From: Pseudomonadales bacterium
GTDB lineage: Bacteria > Pseudomonadota > Gammaproteobacteria > Pseudomonadales > UBA7239
DNA length: 64,000 bases
Direction: 5' to 3'
Assembly: GCA_028280345.1 (NCBI GenBank)
Contig: JANQLY010000009.1
Location: forward strand, 43,402 to 107,401
Below are positions 29,220 through 38,915 of the stretch, one piece after another; the stretch's first letter is position 1, and each line of letters starts with the position of its first letter. The position numbers and the translations under genes are program-made. Below the pieces are notes generated by a model. That model was not told where the DNA came from. It made no database searches and worked only from the letters and a program-made list of their open reading frames with translations.

Positions 29220-30080
29220 ATGAAAAAGTCTTTACCTCTATTTATGGCTATTGCATTGGTGGCGGTGCTTTATTGGTATTCAGGCAAACAGAGTGATGAG
29301 TCGCTTGAAGAATCTCGCCCCGCGATTTTATCAGAACCTGTAGTACCTGTTGTACAAACGCAAACCGAAAGTACAGCGCTGCCACCATTAACAAAAAATT
29401 TGCCGCTAGCAACACAGCCGGTTGCAGATTCGTCTGAAAATATTTCTGTAGTCGCGGCACAATCTGTTGAAATTGACGAGGTATCAGAACCTATTGTCAA
29501 AGCGCCGAATGCTTTGGCTGGTAGTGATAGCCGCGTTTTTATCGCCGTGCAGGATCTAAAACCGGAATTGGCCCAGTGGTTAGTGGATCGTGAGCTTGTG
29601 CGTAAAATTGTACTCATGGTGGATTTGATGGCGCAGGGTGACATTCCGGTCAAACATCGCCCACTGGATTACGCCATGGATCAGTTTAGAGTTGTGCAGC
29701 GAGGGCAATCCTATGAAGTTGATCCGAAAAATTATGAACGCACCATCCCTTTGGTATTTGCTTTAACGGCGATTTCGCCGCAGCGCCTGGCAGACTATTA
29801 TCGTGGCTGGTATCCCTTGCTGGAGCGTGCCTACGCAGAGCAGGGGCGTAATGATCATTTTGATAATCGTGTCCATATGGCAATTGATAATATTCTTCAG
29901 GCACCACCTGCGCCACAAGGAGCCTTGCTAAAACAGCCGCGGGTGCTTTATCAGTACGCAGACCCCGAACTGGAGCAGGCCAGTCATTTACATAAATGGC
30001 TGTGGCGTCTCGGTCCGGAAAACCAGCAGCGCATCCAGCAGTTTTTACAGAGCTTCAAACAATATTTGCTGGCGGAGTAA
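29220..30080 (+). CDS. DUF3014 family membrane-anchored protein
   Basis: N-terminal TM helix, Pro-rich linker, then SD.., NYER, YPLLERAYAE, YQYADPELE, K.L.R.GPEN. Confidence 0.8.
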   Translation: MKKSLPLFMAIALVAVLYWYSGKQSDESLEESRPAILSEPVVPVVQTQTESTALPPLTKNLPLATQPVADSSENISVVAAQSVEIDEVSEPIVKAPNALAGSDSRVFIAVQDLKPELAQWLVDRELVRKIVLMVDLMAQGDIPVKHRPLDYAMDQFRVVQRGQSYEVDPKNYERTIPLVFALTAISPQRLADYYRGWYPLLERAYAEQGRNDHFDNRVHMAIDNILQAPPAPQGALLKQPRVLYQYADPELEQASHLHKWLWRLGPENQQRIQQFLQSFKQYLLAE

Positions 30081-30092
30081 TAAAAAACATTC

Positions 30093-30140
30093 TTTCAGAC
30101 ATAAAAAAGCGGGGCAGGCCCCGCTTTTTTATGTCTGAAA
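30093..30140. terminator. bidirectional terminator, perfect 22-bp inverted repeat
   Basis: TTTCAGACATAAAAAAGCGGGG-CAGG-CCCCGCTTTTTTATGTCTGAAA. Confidence 0.88.
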
Positions 30141-30151
30141 TTGAAGCTGGA

Positions 30152-30757
30152 TTAAAAACGATAATCAAAGCCAATATGAGTATAGGAGGGTTTGTCGAAA
30201 ATGATGCGAAGGCCATCTTCGGTATCCAGTGCATCAATATGATCGATAGTGTGAGCAATACGAACAGAAAAGCTATCGAGGAAGTTATAACGCATGCCGA
30301 GGCCATAGCTGAAAAAGTTTTCCCGTTCGCTAAAAGATGGGAAGCCATTAATGTAGGTATTTGGCTGGTAATATTTGGCAGAACTGCCACCAAGTTCGGC
30401 GTAAAGACCAAAACCTTCGGTGTTAATAATATTCCAGATCATAAAGCCGCCTAACTGATACACGTCAACTTCAAAATCAACGTCAAACAAAACGCCACCT
30501 GTACTACCGAGATTAACCTTGCCATTCGGGTTGCCGCGCATATAACGCAATTCGAAACGTATGACGTCCTCTTTGTCTTTGTAGTTGCCTGACCAGCCGC
30601 CATAGATAATGTAGTTGGTGTCTTCAAGATCGTTTACAAGCTCGTAATCAGCGGCACCAATGCCGATATAGGCGCGGCTAGTCAAGTCGCCAGTATTTTG
30701 CGCCATTGCGCTCTGACTGACAAAAACAGCCAATAAAATAAGAAGGTATTTATACAT
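30152..30757 (-). CDS. small outer-membrane beta-barrel protein (OmpA-TM-like), paralog 2
   Basis: Signal peptide, alternating beta strands, YGLGMRYNF, C-terminal DYRF. Confidence 0.8.
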   Translation of the reverse strand: MYKYLLILLAVFVSQSAMAQNTGDLTSRAYIGIGAADYELVNDLEDTNYIIYGGWSGNYKDKEDVIRFELRYMRGNPNGKVNLGSTGGVLFDVDFEVDVYQLGGFMIWNIINTEGFGLYAELGGSSAKYYQPNTYINGFPSFSERENFFSYGLGMRYNFLDSFSVRIAHTIDHIDALDTEDGLRIIFDKPSYTHIGFDYRF

Positions 30758-30895
30758 GTTTAACTCCTGGATATTCTATTTTAAACCTGTGCCTGCTATC
30801 AGGGAGGGTAATGGTTACTATTATGCTGAAACAAAAAGCGGCCATGAAACTGTATGAGTGTTCATAACCGCTAATAATGGTTAATCTTATTAGTC

Positions 30896-31495
30896 CTAGA
30901 AACGATAATCTAAACTGAATTGGGCGTAGGCCGGCTTATCAACATCAACCGTACCGTAGATATCGTATTTTACCTGATCGATATGATCAATCGTATAGCT
31001 CAAGCGTGCTGAAAAGTTATCGAGGAAGTTATAACGAAAGCCAAAACCATAGCTGAAGAAACTTTCACGTTTACTTTCATAAATTTTGGTATTGGTTGGA
31101 ATTTCCTCGTAGTTCACATAGTACTTCGCTGAATTGGCGCCGAGTTCAACGTACATGCCAAAGCCTTTAGTGTTAATAAAGTTGTAGATACCGTGAACAC
31201 CCAGCTGATAGACATTCATGGCAGTGCTATCAACAACTACACCGTTAGAGGTATTTTCATCGGTTGGCTCAGCTCGCATATAGCGAAGCTCAAGGCGCAT
31301 AATGTCGCTCTTATCTTTATAGTCAGCTGACCAGCCGCCGTAGAGCAGATAGGCAGTATCATTGATGTTGTTGAGTTCGTAGTCGGCAGCACCGAGACCA
31401 ATATAGGCACGGCTGTTAAAATCACCGCTTTGACCTTGTGCCAGTACAGACTGGCTGGTGAATGCGGCCAGCAGGATAAATAGATACTTGTACAT
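30896..31495 (-). CDS. small outer-membrane beta-barrel protein (OmpA-TM-like), paralog 1
   Basis: Same architecture as 30152..30757, also ending DYRF. Confidence 0.8.
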   Translation of the reverse strand: MYKYLFILLAAFTSQSVLAQGQSGDFNSRAYIGLGAADYELNNINDTAYLLYGGWSADYKDKSDIMRLELRYMRAEPTDENTSNGVVVDSTAMNVYQLGVHGIYNFINTKGFGMYVELGANSAKYYVNYEEIPTNTKIYESKRESFFSYGFGFRYNFLDNFSARLSYTIDHIDQVKYDIYGTVDVDKPAYAQFSLDYRF

Positions 31496-31951
31496 GTTTT
31501 AACTCCTTGAGCTTTTCAATTCGGTTCTCGGGTCTGCGGTTGTTTTACAGGCTGTCAGATACTGCTCTGCAAACAGGCATATATATGGCCAATGCCCTTG
31601 TCACCGTTGCTGAAACGAAGGTTAAACCTGCCAAAATAAATAAGCAATCACGAATTCGCCAATATTTTTTTAGACCACAAGATATAGTGGTTTGAAAGAC
31701 TTTTTAACACAATTCTATAAAAATATTTTTTAAATATGTGTTATATCTCACTGAATCACAAGGGAAAACTTCAGCCTAGAATCTGGTTTAAGAAGATACG
31801 TTAACAGTTTGAAACTATCTGGCGTATTGGCTGCTGTGCTGATCTTGCTGCAGGGATCAAACAGGGCAAATTGTATAAGGCCTGGATTTGGCAAATGTAG
31901 CCAGGGTAACGATAATAGCGCGACTGAATAACACCGGGTTTCCATACTGTA

Positions 31952-32353
31952 ATGAAAGCTACGATGAAGAAAATCTGTTCCTCCTGTCTATACTTGTGGC
32001 TACTTTGTTTGGGCTTGCTGCTGACAGCTTGTAGTAGCCCTGTGGAGCAACCAGTGCCTGAAAGTGATACCGCAAGTATTGGTGCCTCAATCGGGGTTAA
32101 GAATGGCAACTGGCTATTTTTGATTGATTTTGTCGAAGGCGGACCAGTAGATAAAAACGGGGTGATTCGTGAGGGTGATAGACTCATCGGCATCAAGGAG
32201 AGTCCGGGTGCTGAAGTTGTGGATGTGCATAGCCTCAGCCAGCAAGAGGTCGTTGACCTGATTCAGGGGGCACCGGGTACAGAAGTCACTCTGAGACTGA
32301 TGCGCAACTATACGACGTTTTTTATTACCCTTGAGAGGGAATTAATAAGATAA
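31952..32353 (+). CDS. PDZ-domain lipoprotein
   Basis: Lipobox LLTAC; IGA, GGP..K.G.I..GD.L.GI, I.GAPGTEV.L (C-terminal-protease-type PDZ) with no protease domain. Confidence 0.75.
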   Translation: MKATMKKICSSCLYLWLLCLGLLLTACSSPVEQPVPESDTASIGASIGVKNGNWLFLIDFVEGGPVDKNGVIREGDRLIGIKESPGAEVVDVHSLSQQEVVDLIQGAPGTEVTLRLMRNYTTFFITLERELIR

Positions 32354-32443
32354 CTCAAGCCTGCAATTTACAGCAGCTAAAAATTGGAGTCTTAATTAAA
32401 CAGGGTTTCCCAAATAAGTGGTATTTGGGCATGCAGCGGCAAC

Positions 32444-33133
32444 TTATTCATCGAGGGCAGCAAGGGCGCCACAGGCACTGTGATCAACCTTGAGCACAAG
32501 ATCCTCTTCATCAATCATATCGTTGCGCAAGTAGTAGTGGGTGGATCGATATTCCGCCCAATGTTGCCTGAAAATATTCTCTTCGCGAATTGCCTGGCCT
32601 TCTGAATCAAAATACAGCCAGGTGCCGTTCATTTTATGGCGCGCATGTGAAAGCTCATGAAACAGGTTCTGTAGTGCAGTAAATTCGATAAATCCGCCTT
32701 TTTCACCGCGTACACAGTTAGTGCCCTCCATTTCCATATCGAGGTAAAACTTGATAAATGCATCCTCACCGACTCCATTGACGAGGTTTTTGCTAAGCCG
32801 GGCACCGGTAAGGCCCGCGGAGTATAACGCTGTATCGTGGTGATAAATCAATAAACGGTTGCCGCTGTCATTGATAGCTTCCAATGTTGTTCTGCCGATT
32901 TCAGTGAGTTTGATCAGATCCAGCCAGCGGAACACCCGGACTGCCTGTTCAAATGACTCTACCTGGACATAAACACTGGTGGAATATTCGAAGACGCTGC
33001 TACCCACCTCTGGTTCAGAGGATTCGGAGCCTGCGGCAAACAGGGGCATTGCGAAGATCAGGAAGGGCAGCAATGCCAGCTTTGCCAGGGTGACGCTTTG
33101 TTTCCGCAGGTTGTTCGTGCTAACTACACGCAT
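32444..33133 (-). CDS. secreted HExxH zinc metallopeptidase-like protein (M91-like)
   Basis: Signal peptide; LFHELSHARH...SE.QAI.EEN.FR. Confidence 0.6.
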   Translation of the reverse strand: MRVVSTNNLRKQSVTLAKLALLPFLIFAMPLFAAGSESSEPEVGSSVFEYSTSVYVQVESFEQAVRVFRWLDLIKLTEIGRTTLEAINDSGNRLLIYHHDTALYSAGLTGARLSKNLVNGVGEDAFIKFYLDMEMEGTNCVRGEKGGFIEFTALQNLFHELSHARHKMNGTWLYFDSEGQAIREENIFRQHWAEYRSTHYYLRNDMIDEEDLVLKVDHSACGALAALDE

Positions 33134-33386
33134 GTAACCACCGGGATTTTCTTATTATCTGCGCTTTCCAGTATAAAAATCTTTATACTTTATTAATAGA
33201 AAATATAGGATTTTTTTATTTTTAAAAGTTATAAGCACAATCCCTTTAATAAGTAAAATAAACAGCTAAAACAGGCAGCGACAGCATGATTCAGTTTGCG
33301 TTCAGCCCGGGGTTGCTACCCTGCGCACTGACTGGCTGACAGTCATAATGAATAAACGTATAGTGAACTGAAACGCAGGAGTAAAT

Positions 33387-33857
33387 ATGAAAGCAAGATA
33401 TATGAGTGAAAAAGGCCCTTTAAACAGGATGATATTGGCAGTGTGTCTGATGTTGATGGCCGGGCTGGTTCAGGCCAAAACCACGCTGGATGCTGAGGAC
33501 TATATCGGAACCTGGTATGAACACCATGGTATGCCTCTACCGCAAAGTGCCGAAGAGCTTGCCGGTATTGCGAGTGGTACACTCACAATCAGTGCAGATT
33601 TCAACTTTACCTTTACTCGTGAAATAAGCTATGACCTTGTGACATTCAGTGCGACAGCCGAAGACGTGTTGTTTGGCGATGGCCTGATGGTGATTACCTT
33701 CCCGGCGGATGAAAATGGTCGCTATATCACGATTACCCTGCAGGGCTGGCATGCAGAGGAGGGTGCAAGGCTATTTGGCTCTCTGTATTTTCACGATGGT
33801 GCGAGTATTGAAAATGCCTACCCCCTGACATTTTCCATGCTACCTGTAACTCTTTAG
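33387..33857 (+). CDS. hypothetical secreted protein
   Basis: AGGAG RBS; signal-like segment; beta-rich mature part (YIGTW). Confidence 0.65.
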   Translation: MKARYMSEKGPLNRMILAVCLMLMAGLVQAKTTLDAEDYIGTWYEHHGMPLPQSAEELAGIASGTLTISADFNFTFTREISYDLVTFSATAEDVLFGDGLMVITFPADENGRYITITLQGWHAEEGARLFGSLYFHDGASIENAYPLTFSMLPVTL

Positions 33858-33912
33858 AGGTATTCTATAAGATTTTACTAACTATTTGATTTTTAAGGAA
33901 AAATATATTGAT

Positions 33913-33945
33913 AAGGCCTTTTATCATTGGTAAGGGGCCTTTTTT
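33913..33945 (+). terminator. Rho-independent terminator
   Basis: AAGGCCTTTTA-N7-TAAGGGGCCTT-TTTT; argues against the 33927 start for the next ORF. Confidence 0.5.
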
Positions 33946-34025
33946 ATAAGGGTTTAAGAAAATCAGTACTGTTTGACAAAATCCCGGTCTATAATCGCCC
34001 ACTTTTAAAAACTCCGTGGACCATA

Positions 34026-35009
34026 ATGACCTCTATGACCGACTCCCGTTTTAACCTTCCTATCCCTTACGGTTGGTACGCCGTTGCTATGTCCAATGCG
34101 CTTAAGGCAGGTGAATCCATGCCAGCGAGTTACTTTGGTGAAGAACTCGTGCTGTTCCGTACACAGTCGGGCAAGGCAAAGGTATTGAATGCGATTTGCC
34201 CGCATCTCGGCGCGCATCTGGGGTATGGCAGTTCGGTTAAGGGTGAATCACTTGCATGTCCATTTCACGGCTGGGAGTTTAATGGTGATGGTATCTGTAC
34301 CGATGTACCCTATGCGCAGCAAATGCCGCCGCGTGTGGCTGATGGCAAGCAGTGTATTCGCAATTACCCCGTCGTAGAAATGGCAGGAGCGATCTGGGCC
34401 TGGTATCACCCGGAAGGTGCAGGGCCCCTTTTTGAGATTGAGGATGTTGCGGAATTGAGTGACCGACAGAGCTGGTCCGAGCCTACTGTAACCGAGTGGC
34501 GCATTAATGCACCGGTGCAGGAGATGGGCGAAAATGCGGTCGACAAGGCGCATTTTGAGACGGTACATAATATTGCTGAGATGCCGGCCAGTGATATCAG
34601 AACTGAAGGGCATCGGCGTACCTCAATTATGGATATGCGTCAGGCCTCGTATAACGAAGATGGTACGCGCAATGAAGATGAGCTAATGGATCGCAATATC
34701 ACGACCATCAGTCTTGGTCCAGGCTATACGCTACAACGTTTTATCGGTCTGTGTGATATTGTCATGCTGGGTACGGTGACACCGATTGACGCAGAAACCA
34801 CTTTGCTGCGTTTTGTTACGGTACAAAGCAAGGATATATCAGAGACGGGTGAGATCATCGCCCAGGCGATGTTGGAGACCCTCAATAGTCAGGTGGAGCA
34901 GGATATCCCAATCTGGAATCACAAACACTACCAGGAAAACCCGATACTGTGCGACGGTGATGGCCCGATTGCAATGTACCGCAAATGGTTTTCGCAGTTT
35001 TATGCTTGA
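34026..35009 (+). CDS. Rieske non-heme iron oxygenase, KshA/Neverland-like
   Basis: CPHLG...CPFHG Rieske motif; ENAVDKAHF..VH iron site; QDIPIWNHK...PILCDGDGPI...RKWF.QFY. Confidence 0.88.
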   Translation: MTSMTDSRFNLPIPYGWYAVAMSNALKAGESMPASYFGEELVLFRTQSGKAKVLNAICPHLGAHLGYGSSVKGESLACPFHGWEFNGDGICTDVPYAQQMPPRVADGKQCIRNYPVVEMAGAIWAWYHPEGAGPLFEIEDVAELSDRQSWSEPTVTEWRINAPVQEMGENAVDKAHFETVHNIAEMPASDIRTEGHRRTSIMDMRQASYNEDGTRNEDELMDRNITTISLGPGYTLQRFIGLCDIVMLGTVTPIDAETTLLRFVTVQSKDISETGEIIAQAMLETLNSQVEQDIPIWNHKHYQENPILCDGDGPIAMYRKWFSQFYA

Positions 35010-35033
35010 ATAATTTTATGCGGCTGATCGATT

Positions 35034-35069
35034 AAACAAAAACGGCACCGTCAGGTGCCGTTTTTGTTT
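35034..35069. terminator. bidirectional terminator
   Basis: AAACAAAAACGGCACC-GTCA-GGTGCCGTTTTTGTTT. Confidence 0.85.
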
Positions 35070-35083
35070 GTATGTTGTGGGTA

Positions 35084-36988
35084 TTAATCAAACACACCCG
35101 GGCATGAAGCAACATTGGCCAATGTACCATCCGGGCAAATAGATGTACCACTCCAGATTACATTGTCCGCTGTGACCGGGCAGTTACTGACAGTTGCACC
35201 GGTTAAGTCAGCCCAGACACTGATAGTTGAGTAGTAGGAGCTAACCGTACAGTTGCTAAAGGTAGCATTCTGGAAGTTACTGTCGCCTGCACCGGTCGAG
35301 CCGCCGAGGCGGAAGATAGTGGTAAAGGTGGTGCTGGTAAAGTTTGCGCCACTGAAATTACCGGGAAACTGATAGGGGCCTTCAATCGTCGCGTTACTAA
35401 AATCGGCATTTACAAAACGGCCTTCAATCTGGTTTGAGTTGGAGTCGGTGCTGTCAGTAAAGAAGTTCGCACCGGTAAAGTCGAGTACGGCTGTTGTATT
35501 GGTGTTGTCATGGGTTGAAAATAGAAAGCCATAGACAATTGAAGCATTAGTGAAGTTGAAGTTGCCGACCTGATCGCCCTGGAAAGAAGGGGAATTCAAA
35601 AAAGCACCAGAAAAGTTTGGTGCGTTTAACTCACCAAAAGCAGTATCAATGATGCGCGCGTCAATAAAACTTAAACCGTTGATGGCGCCGCTAGCACTAC
35701 GCATTTTAACGTTTTCCAGTTCGGCGTTATCGAAGTTGGCATTGGTCAGCGTAGCATTATCAAGATCCAGACCTGTGATTTCTGCATGTTGAAACTTGGC
35801 GCCGATTAGAGTGGCATTATCAAAATTGCCTTTGCTAATCGTGGTGTAAGAAAAATCAGCATTGTCCAGGATGCTGAAATCAAAGTCGTGTTTTAATTTG
35901 ATACCTTTAAAGTCAGTATTATCGATAACCTTGCCACTAAATACATCAGCATCAGTGTTGAGGAAATTTACACCAAATAGCTTCAGTGAGGCTGCGGAGT
36001 TGGCAGATAGATTGGCACCGGAGCCGAACAGAATGTAGCGGCTTGAGCCTTCACGCATTTCTTCACAGTACCAGCTATCACCGGATGGGGTTGGGTATGG
36101 ACAACCGGTGAGCTCAGCTGCAGAAAAGCCATCGACATCATTCGTGTCGTACATGTCCCAGCCAGATAAATCCATGTTGGTCATTGTTGCGCCCTCAAGT
36201 GAAACAGTGACGTAGGCAGGATAGGGCATGGCGTAATTATTAACTGCGCCATCCCAGTAAGTATTGTCGAGGGTAACGGCATCAAAACCAGATGCGTCGT
36301 AAGTTGTACCAATAAACTGTGTTCCGGTCATGTCGACGCCATAAAAATTAATACCGGAAATATCTGCACCACTTAAATCGAGATTGGTAAAATCGGTGTC
36401 TGCGCCATCATGTAAGGTGCTCCATAATTCCGGTATGCCGGTATTGGGAAACTCGGAGCCGGCACCGAGGCATTTCTCTGCAATCGACAACCATTTACCT
36501 TTACTGGCAACACAGATGCCCTCGAGAATATTGTCGTATTCCTGAGCGGTTTTATTGCCGAGAGACAGTGCCAGTGTCGAAGTAAAAGCATGGGGAGATG
36601 AGGTCAGTAAGTGGCGAGGTGACAAGGTCTCGTAGCTGCCCGCATTGTGTTCAGAAACTTCCAGTTCCAGATACAGATCGTTGATATTGCCTTGCCACAG
36701 ATCGATATCCCATGTGCCAGTAATCGGTGTCATGGTGCCGACCAGAAATGAATAAACACCATCGTTAACTTGCACATTGCTATGTGCTTCGGCATAGAGC
36801 AAGGTGCCGGTATTCAGGTCGTCATAGATATTGACGCGGAAATCGTAACCACCGGTTACGGGTACGCCACTATCATCAAGCAGGCGCCCTTGGTAGTTTA
36901 GTGGGCCAACCGGTGTGGCCGCGTAGGAAAGGGCGGGCAGTAAACAACATAGAACTACAGCAACAAGTCTTTTCATAACAAACCTCAT
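35084..36988 (-). CDS. secreted pentapeptide-repeat protein with a fibre-protein-type N-terminal domain
   Basis: Signal peptide; LNYQGRL...G.P...F..IY...G.YSF.VG...LSPR..L.S.P; repeated A(D/N)(F/L)xx units. Confidence 0.75.
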   Translation of the reverse strand: MRFVMKRLVAVVLCCLLPALSYAATPVGPLNYQGRLLDDSGVPVTGGYDFRVNIYDDLNTGTLLYAEAHSNVQVNDGVYSFLVGTMTPITGTWDIDLWQGNINDLYLELEVSEHNAGSYETLSPRHLLTSSPHAFTSTLALSLGNKTAQEYDNILEGICVASKGKWLSIAEKCLGAGSEFPNTGIPELWSTLHDGADTDFTNLDLSGADISGINFYGVDMTGTQFIGTTYDASGFDAVTLDNTYWDGAVNNYAMPYPAYVTVSLEGATMTNMDLSGWDMYDTNDVDGFSAAELTGCPYPTPSGDSWYCEEMREGSSRYILFGSGANLSANSAASLKLFGVNFLNTDADVFSGKVIDNTDFKGIKLKHDFDFSILDNADFSYTTISKGNFDNATLIGAKFQHAEITGLDLDNATLTNANFDNAELENVKMRSASGAINGLSFIDARIIDTAFGELNAPNFSGAFLNSPSFQGDQVGNFNFTNASIVYGFLFSTHDNTNTTAVLDFTGANFFTDSTDSNSNQIEGRFVNADFSNATIEGPYQFPGNFSGANFTSTTFTTIFRLGGSTGAGDSNFQNATFSNCTVSSYYSTISVWADLTGATVSNCPVTADNVIWSGTSICPDGTLANVASCPGVFD

Positions 36989-37220
36989 TGAAACGATATT
37001 GAATTTAAACTGTTCACTACAACGATAGGATATTGGGGGACTGCTGGTCAGTCCACCCTGTTTTTATGCGCGCTATTCTACCCTGGTGGGTTCTCAAGCT
37101 GTATAAATAAATGCTTTTTTTGCTTAACCCGAGTATTAAGACCTACTGTTATTGTGGTCAAATGCAAAATTGTCAAAAAAACGTTAAGTTACCGCTGGCT
37201 ATTTAAGAAAGGTAAAGAGA

Positions 37221-38183
37221 ATGAGCTATAACTACGACCCTGAACTCAAAGATATCGTACCAATGTTGCCGGATTTTCCCATTGACGATGTGGATTCTTG
37301 CCGCAAAGCCATCGATAAGCTGATTGCAGGTTTTAATGCCGAGGTAGATACGCAGGGCCTCGAAGTCTCTGATAAAGCCATCCCGGGTTTTTTGAGTGCA
37401 CCGGATGTTACTGTACGTCATTACTGCCCCGCAGGGATTAACGCGACTGATGAGCCATCAGCCGCATTGATCTATATCCATGGTGGTGGTTTTATTATGG
37501 GGAGTATTAATTCCGAGCACGCTGGTGCGGCGAGCCTTGCGAGCCGGCTGGGGGTTCAGGTGTTTTCGGTTGAATACCGCTTGGCGCCGGAAAACCCATA
37601 TCCAGCTGGTTTGCTCGATTGTTATGCGGCCTTGCTCTGGGTCGCGGACAGAGCTTCGATGCTGGGTGTTAACCCGGAGCGTATCGGTGTGTGTGGCGCA
37701 AGTGCTGGCGGCGGTCTTGCTGCTGCTCTATGTCTGTATGCAAAGGAACAGCAGGGCCCAGCCATTTGTTTCCAATGCCTGGATATGCCGGAGCTTGATG
37801 ATCGTTTGTTAACTGCGAGTATGCAGCAATTTGTGGATACCCCGATGTGGAACCGCTCGAAAGCCGAAGTAAGCTGGCGCTATTACCTTGGTGACAGTTA
37901 TACCCCGGGCGGCAATGATGTGCCGATTACTGCGGCACCAGCCCGCGCGTTGGCAACTGATTTAAGTGGCTTGCCTCCGGCATATATTTCTGCGATGGAG
38001 TTTGATCCGTTGCGCGATGAGGCAATTGAATACGGTCTGAAATTGCTACAGGCGGGAGTACCTGTGCAGCTGGTAAGCTATCCGGGGACTTTTCACGGTT
38101 CCTCGCTGGTGGAAAACGCTGCAGTGAGTAAACGCGCTGATCGCGATTGTCTCGAAGCATTACGACGGGCTTTAGTTGTTTGA
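37221..38183 (+). CDS. alpha/beta hydrolase, HSL-family esterase/lipase
   Basis: HGGGF, YRLAPE.PYP, GASAG, DPLRDE, FHG. Confidence 0.92.
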   Translation: MSYNYDPELKDIVPMLPDFPIDDVDSCRKAIDKLIAGFNAEVDTQGLEVSDKAIPGFLSAPDVTVRHYCPAGINATDEPSAALIYIHGGGFIMGSINSEHAGAASLASRLGVQVFSVEYRLAPENPYPAGLLDCYAALLWVADRASMLGVNPERIGVCGASAGGGLAAALCLYAKEQQGPAICFQCLDMPELDDRLLTASMQQFVDTPMWNRSKAEVSWRYYLGDSYTPGGNDVPITAAPARALATDLSGLPPAYISAMEFDPLRDEAIEYGLKLLQAGVPVQLVSYPGTFHGSSLVENAAVSKRADRDCLEALRRALVV

Positions 38184-38191
38184 AACCTGGT

Positions 38192-38785
38192 TTATGTGTC
38201 GGTCTCGGGAATAAAAGCGGGCAGGGCTGCGACAAAACTTGCAGCGGGTTTTGCCAGCAAGGCCCGATCCGGGCAGGCTTGCACAAATGAGCGGGCAAGG
38301 CCACTGGCGGCAAGCCGCCGGTAAAACGGTAGCTCATCAACAAAAAATGGCAGTGTAGCGAGTAGAGAGTCACCCGTGTTAAAAGTATCGACAATATTGT
38401 CCTGAAAGATTTGCAGAGCTTCCAGCAATTGAGGGCTTTCCTGAATATCTACCAGAGGCTCCAGCGACCAGGTCATATCGCTGCGTAGCTCACACCTGCC
38501 GAGGAAATCACCAAAGTGGTCATCGCGCCAGCGCTGTGGTTCAATCAGGCTCAGTTTCCATTGCCGGTTTTTCAGATACAGATAGTAGGGTACTCCGGGT
38601 ACAGGTTTGAAATGAAATTCTGCCGAGATAATCAGTAGCGAAACAAAGTAATCACTAAAAAGTTGTCGTGGCGCTTTTGTGCTTACATTCCTCGGAGTGA
38701 ATGCCTGTAAGGCATCAAGAACAGGTACTGATCCCTTACCTTGTGGATTGGGATTATCGAGGGCAGGTGTTGCGGCTTTGCTCAT
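38192..38785 (-). CDS. conserved hypothetical protein (DUF2452-like)
   Basis: NPQGKG, AEFHFKPVPG..YYLY, LSLIEP..W, DMTW. Confidence 0.65.
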   Translation of the reverse strand: MSKAATPALDNPNPQGKGSVPVLDALQAFTPRNVSTKAPRQLFSDYFVSLLIISAEFHFKPVPGVPYYLYLKNRQWKLSLIEPQRWRDDHFGDFLGRCELRSDMTWSLEPLVDIQESPQLLEALQIFQDNIVDTFNTGDSLLATLPFFVDELPFYRRLAASGLARSFVQACPDRALLAKPAASFVAALPAFIPETDT

Positions 38786-38915
38786 GGCATTGATGGTATT
38801 GATTACAAGTCATTGTACGAGTATGTACGCTATATTGCGAATAATGCTGCTTCGGTTTAACGAGGGCAGACAGGTTTATGGCTATTTCCTACAATATCGG
38901 TGCTTTTGTCGATGA

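Noticed and set aside
29996-30454. ORFs 29996..30454 (+) and 30055..30411 (-)
   Set aside because: They span the bidirectional terminator and overlap better-supported genes.
33972-33995. TTGACA...TATAAT and an operator half-site upstream of the Rieske gene
   Set aside because: The spacer is only 11 bp and the right half of the palindrome is missing; neither a canonical promoter nor a fourth operator.
37155-37180. TGTCAAA half-sites upstream of the esterase (similar ones near 26270-26400)
   Set aside because: Left arms do not match TTTGACA; too weak to call.
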